Shown here piece after piece: positions 51,490 through 63,789 of a stretch of DNA of 64,000 nt. A model generated the notes under the pieces. It worked only from the letters and a program-made list of their open reading frames with translations, was not told the DNA's origin and searched no databases. Origin of the DNA: Camelus ferus (Eukaryota); contig NC_045697.1 of the NCBI RefSeq assembly GCF_009834535.1, positions 16,866,001 to 16,930,000 on the forward strand, given 5' to 3'. The translations under genes and the position numbers were made by a program. The first letter of the stretch is position 1. Each line of letters begins with the position of its first letter.

Positions 51490-51930
51490 TACATTAAAAG
51501 GTAAAACAAAAGAGATGGGGGGATATATAGAGTAAATGAAGCTTAAAAGACAAATCAACCAATAGCAACACATGGAACTTATCTAGATTCTTATTCAAAC
51601 AAAACTGTTAAAACATGGTGTTTATAAAATAATTAGAAATTTTAACATTGACTGTATATTTGATAATAAGAATTCTTATTAAATTTTTTGATTTGCTAAT
51701 GGCATTATGATTGTTTTTCTTTAAGCATACCCAATGAAACACTTACAGGAGAAATAACATCTTGGATTTGCTTCAAAGTTATGTGAGAGGAGGAAGTGGT
51801 ATTAAAGAAACAAAACTGGCCATGAATTGCTCATACTAGCTGAAGCTGGTATCAGGCACAGAGTGGTTCATTATACCATTTTGTCTCGTTTTTCTATGTT
51901 TGTGATAAAAAGTGAAATAGATTAATTTTT
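51490..51930 (+). mobile_element. Old L1 3' UTR fragment (L1ME/MC-like)
   Basis: 'ttaaaagacaaatcaaccaa...attcttattcaaacaaaactgt...ttggatttgcttcaaa...ggttcattataccattttgtctc'. Confidence 0.8.
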
Positions 51931-52437
51931 AAACAATGAGAAAAATATTTCAAAAAGAAACTGATTGAGGATAAAGGTGGCATGAGTTTTTCTCCCTTTG
52001 ATCAAAAAGCAGAGCATAGAATCATCAACTGCTGTTTCAGGAAGGTATTGGGAAGCACCGGGGGGACACGGCAGAGCTGTCTGAAAGACAGTGACATGAA
52101 GACTCTGAACAGCTCAGCAGGATGTGGCGCATTTTGCCCTTCAGCACTATAACTTGTAGCTATACCTAATTCCCCCTCCTCTTCCCTCAGATGGCAATCT
52201 CTGTGGCTAAGGCTGGGTCTTGCTTATCACTCTGCCTCTGGAGAGCTGTGCGTTACCTCTGGGACATAGTGAATGTGGGAGAAAACCTTGCTGAAGCTGT
52301 TGAGGCAGTGTTTGTGTCTCTACAGGGCCAATAAATTGAATTAATGTTCATTTTTTTCATCGTTATATATAGCAACAAAAGTTTTAAAAACTGGGAAATG
52401 GGTGATTTGGGTAGGTGGATCATCTCATGGCTTAAAT

Positions 52438-52680
52438 CAGTGTTTCCCAAAGTATGAGTACCACAATGCTATGTATGTGCGGTCATTTTATATGTTTCAC
52501 AAACAACTCTTCTTTAGGAGTTACGCATTTACTTTTAATATTCATTAAGATGAAAGTAGTTGATGTTTACACAGATGCAATATTTTAGGAAGGGGCTACA
52601 ATGATTTGTATTTTAAATAAAATTAAGTAAATATCCATACTATTGGTAAAGAGCCACAGCAAAAATGTTTGAAGGTACTG
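52438..52680. mobile_element. hAT-type DNA transposon remnant
   Basis: Begins 'cagtgtttcccaaagt', a Charlie-like TIR flanked by 'gcttaaat'; AT-rich degraded interior. Confidence 0.45.
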
Positions 52681-52747
52681 TTCATAGGCTTAAATAGCAG
52701 AATCCCAAAGAACAGCTACCTATTTACTTCTCATAAGTGCTCCAAGG

Positions 52748-52935
52748 TGTAGCAAAATGTTTTAGAATGTGGACTCTGGAATGAGACTGCCCATGTTTGA
52801 TTACCACTGACTAGCTGTGTGACCTTGGGCAAGTTACTTAACCTCTCTGCGTCCCAGTTTCTTCATCTGTGAAATGGGGATAATGATAGTGCCTATCTCC
52901 AGGCATTATTTTGTGGATTAAATGTAAAGCATGGA
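52748..52935 (+). mobile_element. MIR SINE, 5' part (resumes at about 53670-53765)
   Basis: 'ctagctgtgtgaccttgggcaagttacttaacctctctgcgtcccagtttcttcatctgtgaaatggggataatgatagtgccta'. Confidence 0.92.
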
Positions 52936-52984
52936 GAACAAAAAAAAAAAAAAAAGAAAGAAAAAAAAAAAAAGAAAGAAAGAA

Positions 52985-53668
52985 AAGATATTACTGTATG
53001 TCCACCAGGATGGGTAAAATTAAAAAGACTGACAATACCAAGTGTTAGCATAGATGTAAAGTTACTAGAATTCTCATATATTGCTGATGAGGGTGTGAGT
53101 CGGTCCAACTGCTTTGGAAAACTATTTGGAAGTCTCTCCTAAAGCCAAACACATGCCTACTTTATGGCCCTGAAACTCCACTCCTAGGTTCATGTCCAAT
53201 AGGATTGAGCATATATGCCCACCAAAAGTCATGTATGAAAATGTTTCTAGCATTTTGAATTATATTAGCCCCAAGCTGAAAACAACTCAAACTGTCCGTC
53301 AACAGGAGAAGGACTAAATTGTGGTAAGTTAATAAAATGAAATACTGCACAGCAGTAAAATAATTACTAACATGTGTAACAGCACGAGTAAATCTCGTAG
53401 GCATTTTGTTGAGCAAAAGAAGGACACAAAACAATAAATAATGTATGATTTCATTTACATGAAGTACAAGAACTGACATGACTGATAATGACAGAAGGAA
53501 CCTCTGGGAGTAGTTACCCTTTGGGTAAGGTAGTGCCCTAAAAAGGGCACAAGGGAACCTTCTGGAGTGTTGGAAATATGGCATACACATATAAAGATTC
53601 ATTCAGCTGTACACTTAAGATTAAAGCACTTAGATACTTTACTGTATGCTTTGTACATGGATCAAAAG
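52985..53668 (+). mobile_element. L1M (L1MB/ME-like) ORF2-end and 3' UTR fragment interrupting the MIR
   Basis: 'aaattaaaaagactgacaataccaagtgtt...ctttggaaaactatttgg...ccactcctagg...tgtatgatttcatttacatgaagt'. Confidence 0.85.
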
Positions 53669-54539
53669 TAAATTGTACTATAAAGTACTTAGAACCATGT
53701 CAGGTACATAGTAAGTACAGAGTACTTAGGTACATAGTAGGTACTATGGAAGTGTTTGCTATTATCTTGTATTCTGACCCTCTAGTTATCTGTCCATTTC
53801 AGAGTTTACAGCATTTCTTGAGAATTTAAATATGCTACGATGTTACAAAAGTTATCAAACACAGTCCCCAACTTCACAAGTAGACACGTTATTTGAGGAG
53901 ACCTGTTACCCAGTTCCAGTTCCTACTCAGGAAGCATCGTCCTGGCTTAGCCATTCAGCATACAGGCTCTGAAGTCAAAAAAGCCTGTCTTTGATTCTTG
54001 GTCCTGCCATTTACAAGCCTTGGCAATATTTCTAAACATCCCAGAGTCTTGACTTATCTTTAATCTACAGTTGATAATAGAAGTTGCTTTATAATTTTGT
54101 TGTGAGATGCTTTTAAGAAGTTAACTACTATTACTATTTTTAGATTGACTTAATCTTTAATTTTAGAGACATTAATTACAACTGAGTTATAGCTGTGTTC
54201 TCAGGTCCACCTTCATTGGAACCATTTCTGAATATTTATGTAGACATCACGTAAGGAAGGCTAAATGATCTTTCAAGATCACACGGGAGTATCAATTCCA
54301 ATTTATTTACAGACATGTTTGTGAAAACTTGTCAATATAGTGGTCAATTATGATTTTATTTTTAAGTATTAGCTCTATCACCAGCAGAGAAAGCAGGCCA
54401 TCCCTAACCTTATGTTTGCATTTGTCTCTTGATGACTGACAGATTTTCCAATGACCTAAAAGAAAAAAAATCAGTGTAGGCTTCTGCATTTGTGAGCGTG
54501 GATTGTACCGGTGTTTGGGTATGTTCCCTTCCTCAACCT

Positions 54540-54775
54540 TGCCAAACCACCTAAGCCTCTCTCCTCTTTGTATCTGTGACATGCTGTGTGTATGTACTTT
54601 ATCACTGCATATATATTGCCCAATCACGCCTTTATCCATGTACCTGGCTGCCAGCCCCGTGAGACCACGAACTACTAAAAAGCAGAAGCCAGGGCTTGCT
54701 CGTCCCCTACCTGCCAAAGCTTAGCATGGTGCCTGGTACAAAGTAAGTACTCAACAATTTTGTGTTGACCTAAAT
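54540..54775 (+). mobile_element. L2 3' fragment
   Basis: 'gcttagcatggtgcctggtacaaagtaagtactcaacaattttgtgttga'. Confidence 0.7.
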
Positions 54776-55477
54776 GTCTAGAATGATCCAGGCTGTTGCT
54801 AGCCTAAATGGTGGCTTTTTAAAAATCAAAGACACCCTTTTCTTCTAGCACAAGCGTCCCACACCAAGACACACAGCTCAGCAAGCTGAGAATGGACTGG
54901 ATTTCATACCCTGACTTGGCCTCTCAAACCAAGTCCCCTTGTGAAGTAAATATCCTGCCCAAACATGAGTGAATGACCAAGAGAACACCATGACCTTGTA
55001 GAACAAAACAACATAAAGGGCCTATGGCTTCACCGGGTATAATTCCCCAGTTCAGGATTATCTGCGGCCCCCTCTATAAACCGAATCTGAACGTCTTTGC
55101 CACTTCTAGACGTGATGCCTGCAATTCTAGGGGGACCCAGAGTAGGGAGGTTGACCTTGGTGCAGGAGAGGTGGCCCAAACTTTCCTTTAATGGGAGAAT
55201 CAGGAGCACCCAGGTGCCTACCGAGCCAATGCAGTTAACTCAAGGTTAGAAAAAGTCTGTAAGTGACATTTATAATTCAGGGACCAGGTACCAGGGTAAT
55301 TGCCTCTCCCGATACTGACCCTCCAAAGTTATTTGGACCCAGCCTGTTCTTCTAATTGTCTTCTCCCAGGTTGTCCAGAGCAAGAACATTCCAAATCGGG
55401 GCCCCAGCACTCCCCAGCTGCTCTCCCTGAGGGCAGTATTCCCTCTGGGACCCTCGAAGTAGGAGAAGAATCTTTCT

Positions 55478-55673
55478 TTTTGATTTACAATGTCGTGTTA
55501 GTTTCTGGAGTACAGCATAGTGATTCTGTTATACATATGTATATATATATATATATGTACATTTTCTTTTTCATATTCTTTTTCATTAGAGGTTACTATA
55601 AGTCACTGAATATAGTTCTCTGTGCTGTACAATAACGTGCAAAAATAAAATAAAGTAATTTAAAAACAGAAAC
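55478..55673. mobile_element. Short L1 3'-end insertion with 14-bp TSD; antisense body plus sense A-rich tail (probable 5' inversion)
   Basis: 'tgatttacaatgtcgtgttagtttctggagtacagcatagtgattc...tgtgctgtaca' then an A-rich tail; TSD agaagaatctttct (55464-55477) / agaagagtctttct (55674-55687). Confidence 0.85.
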
Positions 55674-58125
55674 AGAAGAGTCTTTCTATATGCGCTGCTG
55701 GCTTGGATTTTTCCTTTCAGTTCTTTTTTTTTCCTCCCTCTGGTTGTGTTTATGAAAGCAAATGGCTATATTCGGCAGTGGACCCATCTCCAGTTTAATT
55801 TCTATTTAAACCTTGTAAGTGCACCCCAGACACTGCACTGAGATGGGCATTCCAGAATCCAAATAGAGCAAGTGATATACAGCAGACACTGGCAAATCCT
55901 CCCTCGTAACTCCTCAGGCTTGGTAATTCCCCACAGAACACTGACAGCCTCACCTCACATCACCACAGAGATTTAATAGCTAAGAGCCACAGTGAGGTCT
56001 TGTCTTACACAATTTAATTACACTCACGAAATAGACAACAGTGCATTTACTGGCCCACCATTAAATATTATCATAAGTAATTTAAACTCAACTTCACTTG
56101 TCCAAATATATGGACAAAATACATTCTGTCATCCCAAAGCTTTAATGTTCCCTCCATAACTGTGAATCATCGACAAACCCTCAGTAATTTATTCTGCTTT
56201 CCAATTGGAAGCATATCTTAAAGGAAGAAAAGTCAGAATGTGCAACACTTCTGATAGTAAACTTGTCCACCTGCTATCCAACGTAAATTAAGGAGCCATA
56301 CTTTAGTGATTCAATTACACCGCTGAGTAATTGAAAATACGCAATTACAAGGAGTTGAGGTTCTTATGAGAAATATAATGTCTGCATTCCAGATTCCCTA
56401 GTATTTGATTTATAATTGGAATAGTGGCATAATATTCCACATTTGAGAGGAATTGCTCCCTACTGGATAGTTCTAGAATCAGAATATTTAGGGCTACAAA
56501 GACCCTAAGAGCTCATTGTGCTTAACCCCTTGTTTTATGTATGAGGAAATGGAGGTTCAAAGACCAGTAGCTTATAAAATGCAAAGAGAGGCCTTCTGAC
56601 TCCAATTCAGAAAGTTTAGCATCATGGTCAAACTCATAGTCTTTGGAGTTGGACAAAATTCAACCCTGATGATATACAAGCCACTCAGTCATTCTACGCC
56701 TTTGTTGCTTCTTCTTAAATATGGTAAATCCTAGAGCAACCAGATACTAGTATCTAGTTCAATAAAGATGTCTGTGTTTCTTCATCGGTTACACACAGAT
56801 AACTCCTAAAGCGATTTGCAACAAATAGAGAACAACACTTAGAGTTACTGACAGAGTATGTTTTCTAAAACAGTATAATGTTCAGCACACAGTAAGTACT
56901 CAATAAAAATTAGCCACCACTGCTGCCACCACCATCATCACCATCATCATGTCCAGTGCCCGTCACTGTATTACTTCATAGGCTTTTACTTAAATCCCAT
57001 TAACACTCTCAATATCTAACCAACAGTTTGGCCACAACGTATCATGGTTACTGTTCCACAAATAGCCAGAGTATCTTTACATTCTAATCCAAAGACAACA
57101 CACCTTACCGCACACTTCTCCAATTTGAAAAACTGGATCCCTGTTTGTTTTAAGGACAACACACTAACCAACCACTAAGCCTCCAACGCTTGATTCATTT
57201 CTTGGATTAAATGCTGGCTAGGTATGTCTGCATCCGGTGCAACACTTCGTCTGATCAGTCTTCCTATGTTAGCCGTCCCAACTCAAACACAAGCACAGAC
57301 TTGCCATTTTAGCTCTGTAACTAACAGTTGCATCTTAATATGCAAATATTTTTTAAATTACAAATGATTATTCCCATCATTGACCTCCATTCTTTCTCTT
57401 GACAGAGGAAACCATAGCTTCTTCGAAACCCAAAATAACACATGTGATCAAATGCTAATTTAGCAATAAACAGAAAATTGACTTCAAATCATCTCTCTGT
57501 CACTCTAATTGATTAACAGTCACATGAAAATTGATAACATGATTTTCAGCAACAGAGCGTGTGGCACAAGCTCGTCGGTTCTATTGGCTTTGGATATTGA
57601 CTTCCTTCCAAATAAAGCTTTTTAAGAGTACATTAGTGAGTCCACTAATAATCTTAAAAAGCAGTCTAATTACAATAATGAACTCTGTACAATGAGTTAA
57701 TGCAGTACTAAAGCTTACAGATCTGAGTCTCTCACTGAAATAAAAACAAAGTACAAATTCTGCTGAATGTAGGACAATCATAGTTTTATTTCACTGGGAA
57801 TAAATAAATGACTATTGTCTTCTTTGCTTCTCTAGCATTCTAGTGAGATATACTCACATGATATCAACCTGCCTTAAAATTGTCCCAACATTCCTAAAAT
57901 TTATCTTAACATAAAATTAATTTTAAGCCACTGTTCACATGGCTCAATCAGAAACCATCCTTAAGAAGTAGAAGGTTGAAAAAAAAATAACCAAAATAAA
58001 GCTACACTGGTCTAGGTTGTGATATTTCTAAACTGGGTAAGTTATTATAGCAGAACTTGACTTCAGTTCTTGTTGGCAGGAGGAAAACAGAAATTGGGAT
58101 TATGGTAAGGCAAGCTAAATATCAC

Positions 58126-58623
58126 TGTGCTGAACATTCCCTATTTGTTCCTCCAGATCTATGCTTCACACTTCTCTATTACCTGTGCCCCTGGAGGCTG
58201 AATATTAAAGTTTGTGTCCATGGGTTTCCTGGCCTTCCCCTTCTGACTAGATGTTAATATTACAAAGCACTAACAGTAGATCCAAGGCCAGAAGAAAAAC
58301 GAAGTGTGTATGTTCCCTCCAATGTCCTCCCTGCTGGGCACAGGTTGAAAAGCACCTCATTCCTCCCACAAAGTCTGCACTGCTGTGATGGACCCTATCC
58401 ACCAGCTACAGGTACAGCTCTCTGGGTTCCTGGACAAGCTCTCTTTCCTGCCACCTTCACGTTTAAAGGTTGTCAGGCCCTTCCACTATTGCTAGCCCTT
58501 GGGATTCATCATTTGTTGATTTCCTTTAACCCTTCCCACATCCTTGAAAATAGTCTCTGCATTAAAACCTAATCCCATTTGAGTGTGCCATCTGTTATCT
58601 TCCCCAGAACTCTGACTGATACG
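58126..58623 (+). mobile_element. ERVL solo LTR (LTR33-like)
   Basis: 'tgtgctgaacattccctatttgttcctccagatc...tgtgcccctggaggctga...attaaaa...tttgagtgtgccatctgtt...ctgactgatac'. Confidence 0.85.
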
Positions 58624-58640
58624 TCTACCTTCCATTAACA

Positions 58641-58868
58641 CAGTGGTTCTCGGCCTGTTGGGAATTACAAATCTCTTTGAGAGCCTAAATGGAAAAAAAG
58701 AAGAAGAAGAAGAAGAGGAAGGAGGAGGAGGAGAAGAGAAAAAAGCTATGGAGACCTCTCTCTGCCAAAATTCACATAGTTACATGCATGTGAATTTCCT
58801 GATACAATTTCTAAGAGCTGACAGACACCTTGAAGCATATCCATGGATACCTAACTGTGAACCCCTAC
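58641..58868. mobile_element. hAT-Charlie MITE (Charlie4z-like) interrupted by a (GAA)/(GGA) tract at about 58693-58745
   Basis: 'cagtggttctcggcctgttgg...tctctttgagag[repeat]aaagctatggagacctctc...tccatggatacc...aacccct'; subfamily uncertain. Confidence 0.6.
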
Positions 58869-60229
58869 TATGTTTAAGAAAATAGTTTTTATTTTCAGAA
58901 GAGAATTATATAGATACCATGTTGTTCTTTAAAGAGTCCTACTTTGGATATCAGATTGTTAAATATGAAGTTATAAAAAAGCACCTCACCCCTAATAGAT
59001 CCAAATAAAGAATAAATATAAAAGATATTACTTGATAATGCATCTTTAATTTTATTACCTTCCTTGCTTGCCATATCATGTAAGTATTTACCGCATATAC
59101 CCTTAGAATGTTTTTTCCATTGGCCAGTGTTTTACCTGTAAAGCTTATTATTCATCATTTCAAGTGCCATCTGGACTATTGATAAGTAAATGTCTTAAAA
59201 AAATTCTCTGAAAGAGATTTCTTAAAGTTTTACCATCTACCAGACCCACTCAACATTCGAAAGCCTGCTCTCCAAGGATGCCAATATGCATTCAGCTTTT
59301 TTTTTTTTTTATTAACACTGGTGGCTTCACAGTGTTAAAAATGTATACACCAAGTTACCCCAATAGAAAGCAAGCACGGATTGTGATGAAAAATAAATTC
59401 CACTTCAAATAGTCACCCCTCTGCCTATATGCCTTCTTCATGGTCCAGGATGTGCATCTTTCTAAGAAAGAAAGAAAGCTAAAGTCCAACACTCCAGCGC
59501 ACTTGAATTTCTTAAGGTCTCTATCAGTGGCTACTAAAATGTAAAATGCACTGCATAATCCTTGACTCCAGAAAACAAATGCTACTTATATTCCTTAAGT
59601 TACTGGCAGCTTAAGTTATTCTGCATGGTTCAGAGGAAAACAAAAGAACCAATACAACAGATGCTGGACCATATAAATGTCAACTGAAGACTACGTGAAA
59701 AAAAACCTTGGCTGATGGTTTCTTCTTATGTCAGTCATCTTAATGACCCTGTATTTAAAACTCATCTTTTTTTTTATAAACTTGTTTAAATATCATGATA
59801 TAGTATATATAAACTTGTATGTGTCCTATGGGCATATAAATTATTCTTTTTTTAGCCTCCCAAAATAAGACTAGCATAAAAGATACCATTGCTGTTCACA
59901 ATTTTAAAGAACACATGGATATGTAAACTCTACAATTCGCATAGTTTATAGTAGCAGAGTGCCTCTCTTTATCACTCTATTATTTTATTTGTTAACAAAG
60001 ATCGCCTTGACTATTCTGGTGATGATCTTTGCCATCTGTCATCAGCAGTACTGAGAGAGTGGTCTTAGCCTAAAATGTTATTTTTGTCCCTGCCATGAAG
60101 TTACCAATCTTAGGCACTCTCTGGGGTCAGCAAACTGATGTCTTCCCTTCATACTTTCTCCACACCGATCCTCTCCTAGAAGAAGTAACTTCTGTCTAAT
60201 CTTAAAAAGAATAAACATGCAACTGAATT

Positions 60230-60685
60230 CAGAAGTCCCAAAAAGAGCTTTCTCCCTGCTGTCTGTGCTCACCTAGGGAACCCAACCCTGACTCCATCAA
60301 ACGCACTGCTGCCAAATTAATCTTCCTAAAAGCACAGCCCTGGTTGTACCCCACCCCCAAACCCATCCTGTACAAAACCTTTCAAGGGCTCTTCCTGTCC
60401 TTCTGAAGGAAGAAACTGTTTGAACTCTATAGCCTGGGATTCGGAGCCCTTAACAATCAGGCACTAGTTTTATTCTGACTTTCCACTTCTCTGTTCTGTG
60501 TTACTCTAGGTTCCAAATGAATTACATCATCATTCCCTGGAGGTGCCATATACTTTATAACCATGCCTTCGCTCTTCTCTTCCTCCTCCCAATACAGAAT
60601 GGCTATTTCAAAGCAATTCACATGTTACCTCATTGATAACATGTATGACATCTTTTCTATACCTTCCTGTCCACTGCTCTCCAGT
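60230..60685 (+). mobile_element. L2 LINE fragment
   Basis: 'cactgctgccaaattaatcttcctaaaagcac...aaaacctttcaagggctc...tagcctgggattcggagccctt'. Confidence 0.75.
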
Positions 60686-62220
60686 CTGACTCCAGTGATT
60701 TATCTAGTAATAGTTTATCTATCTGTAAACTACTAGATCCAGTTTACCTATTTGTAAAACAGGGTTAATAGTGCTAAGTAATTCTGAGGATTCAATATGT
60801 AGAATACTTAAAGCACCATTATGCATTTTTGTGGTGGTTGTGGTGGTTATTGCTTTTCTCTTAAAACAGTTACTATGTAGTAAGGAATTTGAAAATGGAA
60901 TGTGATTTTGTTTGTTTTTGTATCTTCCACTGCCCCTACCACAGTATAAATAACTTAGAAATAGAGGAAGGACCTCGGAAAGAAACCACATGTCCTCAAT
61001 TTGGGGGCAAAGAAAGAAGCAGATTCTGAGTATAACATCTATGTAGATCAATTTGGCCTGGAAATGCCGTATGTGTACACTGGCTTTTGCTTAACGAAGA
61101 GTGTTAAATTGGGTCACTGCACTATCACTAATTGAATTCTAAAGGATGTCAACCATACTGCCTAGGCTGGGGCTCTTTTGTGCAAGATGGCAGTTGCTTG
61201 TAACGAAGACTCCTGCTGTTTTTACCAAAGGAACTGAGTCTGTCTTTGAGGAGGGCCCATTTCTTCCTTTTCAGCTTTCCTGAGCTCTCACTTACATAGA
61301 AAGCAAATTAGATGCCACTTTGTCATCTTGGTCTGCTGTTTCTCACAAAACCTTCCTCTTTTAAAAGACCTTGAGGGTCAGATTCTAATGTGACTTGTAC
61401 TGTGATGAGTCTCTTAAAAGAACCACTCTGATGCCTGCAAGCACAGCAGAAAGTATTAGGGAATACAACCTCATTAGTCAAAATCATGGCCACCTCCCAG
61501 AAACCTCACATAGGATTGGGGCAGCCATGTTGGATTTCTTTCAGTAAGGAGTACTACCAAGCATTAACAGGTTTCTTTCTGTCTAAAGATTGCTTCTTTA
61601 ATCCAGAGCGTGGGGTTAAAAATCTGAGCTGAGGCACATTCAACTGCTCCGAAACATTTTAGGCATCTTATACACTCAGCTTGCAAAATCTCTGAGCCAA
61701 GAGAGCACTGGGTGCATCTCAAAATGACACATGGTGACATGGAGCTCCATCAGAGCACAGGGCATGTAGTTAATTGGCAAAGCTGGTCACCAGAAAGTCT
61801 GCTTCACTCTGCAGAAGCTGGAAGGCCACTTGAGCAACACCCAGAGAAACATTTTAAGTGGACAAGAGTCACAAAACTCCTTGCACTGAGCTCACATGAC
61901 ACCCAAGAAGGCCTCCTTATTTGCCCTTGTCTTTTACACTCCTCAGTCAGTGCTCTGGAGGGGAAAAGGCAAGGCTTTCCACACAGGCAAGTATTTTAAG
62001 CCCTACAGAGCACGAAGTTCTCAGAGGACCTACCCACAGCCTGCAGGATCACTGCTTCCTAATTTCCCTGGGTGGTTCCTGATGACTCAGCAAGAGCCTA
62101 CATCTTAATTCTTGCACGAACGGTATCACTCGAGTTCCAGGAGTGAGTATTAAGGCCGGAGGACCTCAATACCACTGACTAGTTATGTGACCTGGGGCAA
62201 TTTTCTTAACTCACTAAGCC

Positions 62221-62432
62221 TTTTTGTTTTTAATTGAATTATAGTCGATTTATAATTTTGTGTTAATTTCAGGTGTACAGCATAGTGATTCATTTATACA
62301 TATATATACCTTTTCATATTCTTTTTCATTATAGGCCATTAAAAGGTACTGAATGCAGTTTCCTGTGCTATCCAGTAGGACCTTGTCATTTATCTATTTT
62401 ACACACAGTAGTTAGTATCTGCAAATCCCAAA
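62221..62432 (-). mobile_element. 5'-truncated L1 3' end (cetartiodactyl-type) inserted into a MIR
   Basis: 'tttttaattgaattatagtcgatttataattttgtgttaatttcaggtgtacagcatagtgattc...tatctgcaaatcccaaa'; homologous to the 7587-8105 and 55478-55634 copies. Confidence 0.9.
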
Positions 62433-62614
62433 CTACTTCTCTACAGTAGGAATTGTGTTATATGAGAATGAGCATATGTATGTAAATTATTTTATAATTT
62501 GGTAATATAAAATATTTTAAAACTAATGACTAATTTAGATGCTGAACAAAGATATACCATCCCTCTCTGTCAAAATATCTCTTTGTGCTCAATGCCCTTA
62601 CATCGCACATTCCA

Positions 62615-62767
62615 CACCGGGTCCCTAGGGTTGCTGTGACCGAGTACTGCAAAGTGGGTGGCTGAAAGACAACAGGAATTTATTCTGTCATAATTACAGG
62701 AGGCTTAAAGTCTAACATCAAGGTGTCAGCAGGGCCACGCCCTCTCGCGGCTCTAGAAGAGGAATTC
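62615..62767 (-). mobile_element. MaLR LTR fragment (MLT1B/C/D-like)
   Basis: 'ctagggttgctgtgac...aacaggaatttattctgtca...catcaaggtgtcagcagggccacgc'. Confidence 0.8.
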
Positions 62768-63285
62768 TGTGATGGTAAATTGTATGAGACAACTTGACCA
62801 AACCACAAGGTATCCACATAATTGGTTAAATATTATTTCTGGGTGTGTCTGCGAGGGTGCTTCTGGCTGGGACTGGCACTTGAATTGGTAGACAGTGAAG
62901 TGGATTGCCCTCCCCACTGTGGGTGAGCATCATCCAGTCCACTGAGGGTTTGGATAAAGCAAAAATACAGAGGAAAGAATACTTGCTCTCTCTGCCTGTT
63001 TGAGTGCAGACATCAGTCTTCTCCTGCCTCGGGTTGGGGTTTACACCATCAGCTCTCCTGGTCCTCAGACTGGAACTTACACCATCGGTTCTTTTGGTTC
63101 TCAGCCTTTGGACTCGGATTGGAACTACACCACCAGCTTTCCTGGGTCACCAGTTTGTAGACAGCAAATTGTGGGACTTTCCAGCCTCCGAAGTCACGAG
63201 AGTCACTTCCTTCTTCTCTCTCTCTCTCCATATACATATATGTATATTATTACACCCTAGATACTCTAAGATAATCCTGATTACA
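62768..63285 (+). mobile_element. ERVL solo LTR (MLT2C/D-like)
   Basis: 'tgtgatggtaaattgtatgagacaacttgac...tgggtgtgtctgcgaggg...gcatcatccagtccactgaggg...tttacaccatcagctctcctgg...gtgggactttccagcctcc'. Confidence 0.9.
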
Positions 63286-63469
63286 AATATGTTGGCCCCA
63301 CAGCTTCACTTGTGCATGTCAAAATACATGTCCCAATCCTGGTTTCAGAAACAGGCTCACTATAAAATATAGGAATCAAAAGAAAAGAAAATGGGGTGTT
63401 TTGTTCTTCAAACTCTTCACTTTGCTTCATAAAATCTTTCTCCCATTCTGTTTCCTCTCTCAGTGAATG

Positions 63470-63785
63470 ACAGTTGGGTGTTCTTAATCCTTTTATCCTC
63501 TCTCTCTTCTGCACTCCCAGCCACTAATTCGTAACCCTGTCCATTCAAACTCTTCCACATTTCTCAAATCAGCCTCCTCTTCCCCATCCCTCATACCACT
63601 CCCTTGGTTGGGACTCACTGTGTTTCACATTATTCAGATTACTTGTTAACTTGAATGTTTGGCCCCATCAATTCTTCTTCTGCCAGATTCATCTTTCTAA
63701 AATGCAAACTTGGTCATTCATTAGCTTCATTTACCTCAGCGACTATCTAGTGCCTTCAAGACTAAATCCAAGATTCTCAGCATGC
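63470..63785 (+). mobile_element. L2 fragment
   Basis: 'cctcctcttccccatccctcataccact...tgccagattcatctttctaaaatgcaaact...aaatccaagattctcagcatg'. Confidence 0.7.
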
Positions 63786-63789
63786 CATA

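Noticed and set aside
53162..53602. Longest ORF (146 aa, minus strand)
   Set aside because: Lies antisense within a decayed L1 3' fragment.
56098..56117. Near-palindrome ttgtccaaatatatggacaa (similar short hairpins at about 36550 and 59312)
   Set aside because: Stems of 7-9 bp are expected by chance; too short for a pre-miRNA; intrinsic terminators are irrelevant in a mammal.
57155..57221. Plus-strand 67-nt exon (gttttaAG|...TAG|GTATGT)
   Set aside because: Stops in all frames and opposite to the weakly inferred transcription direction; probable pseudo-exon.
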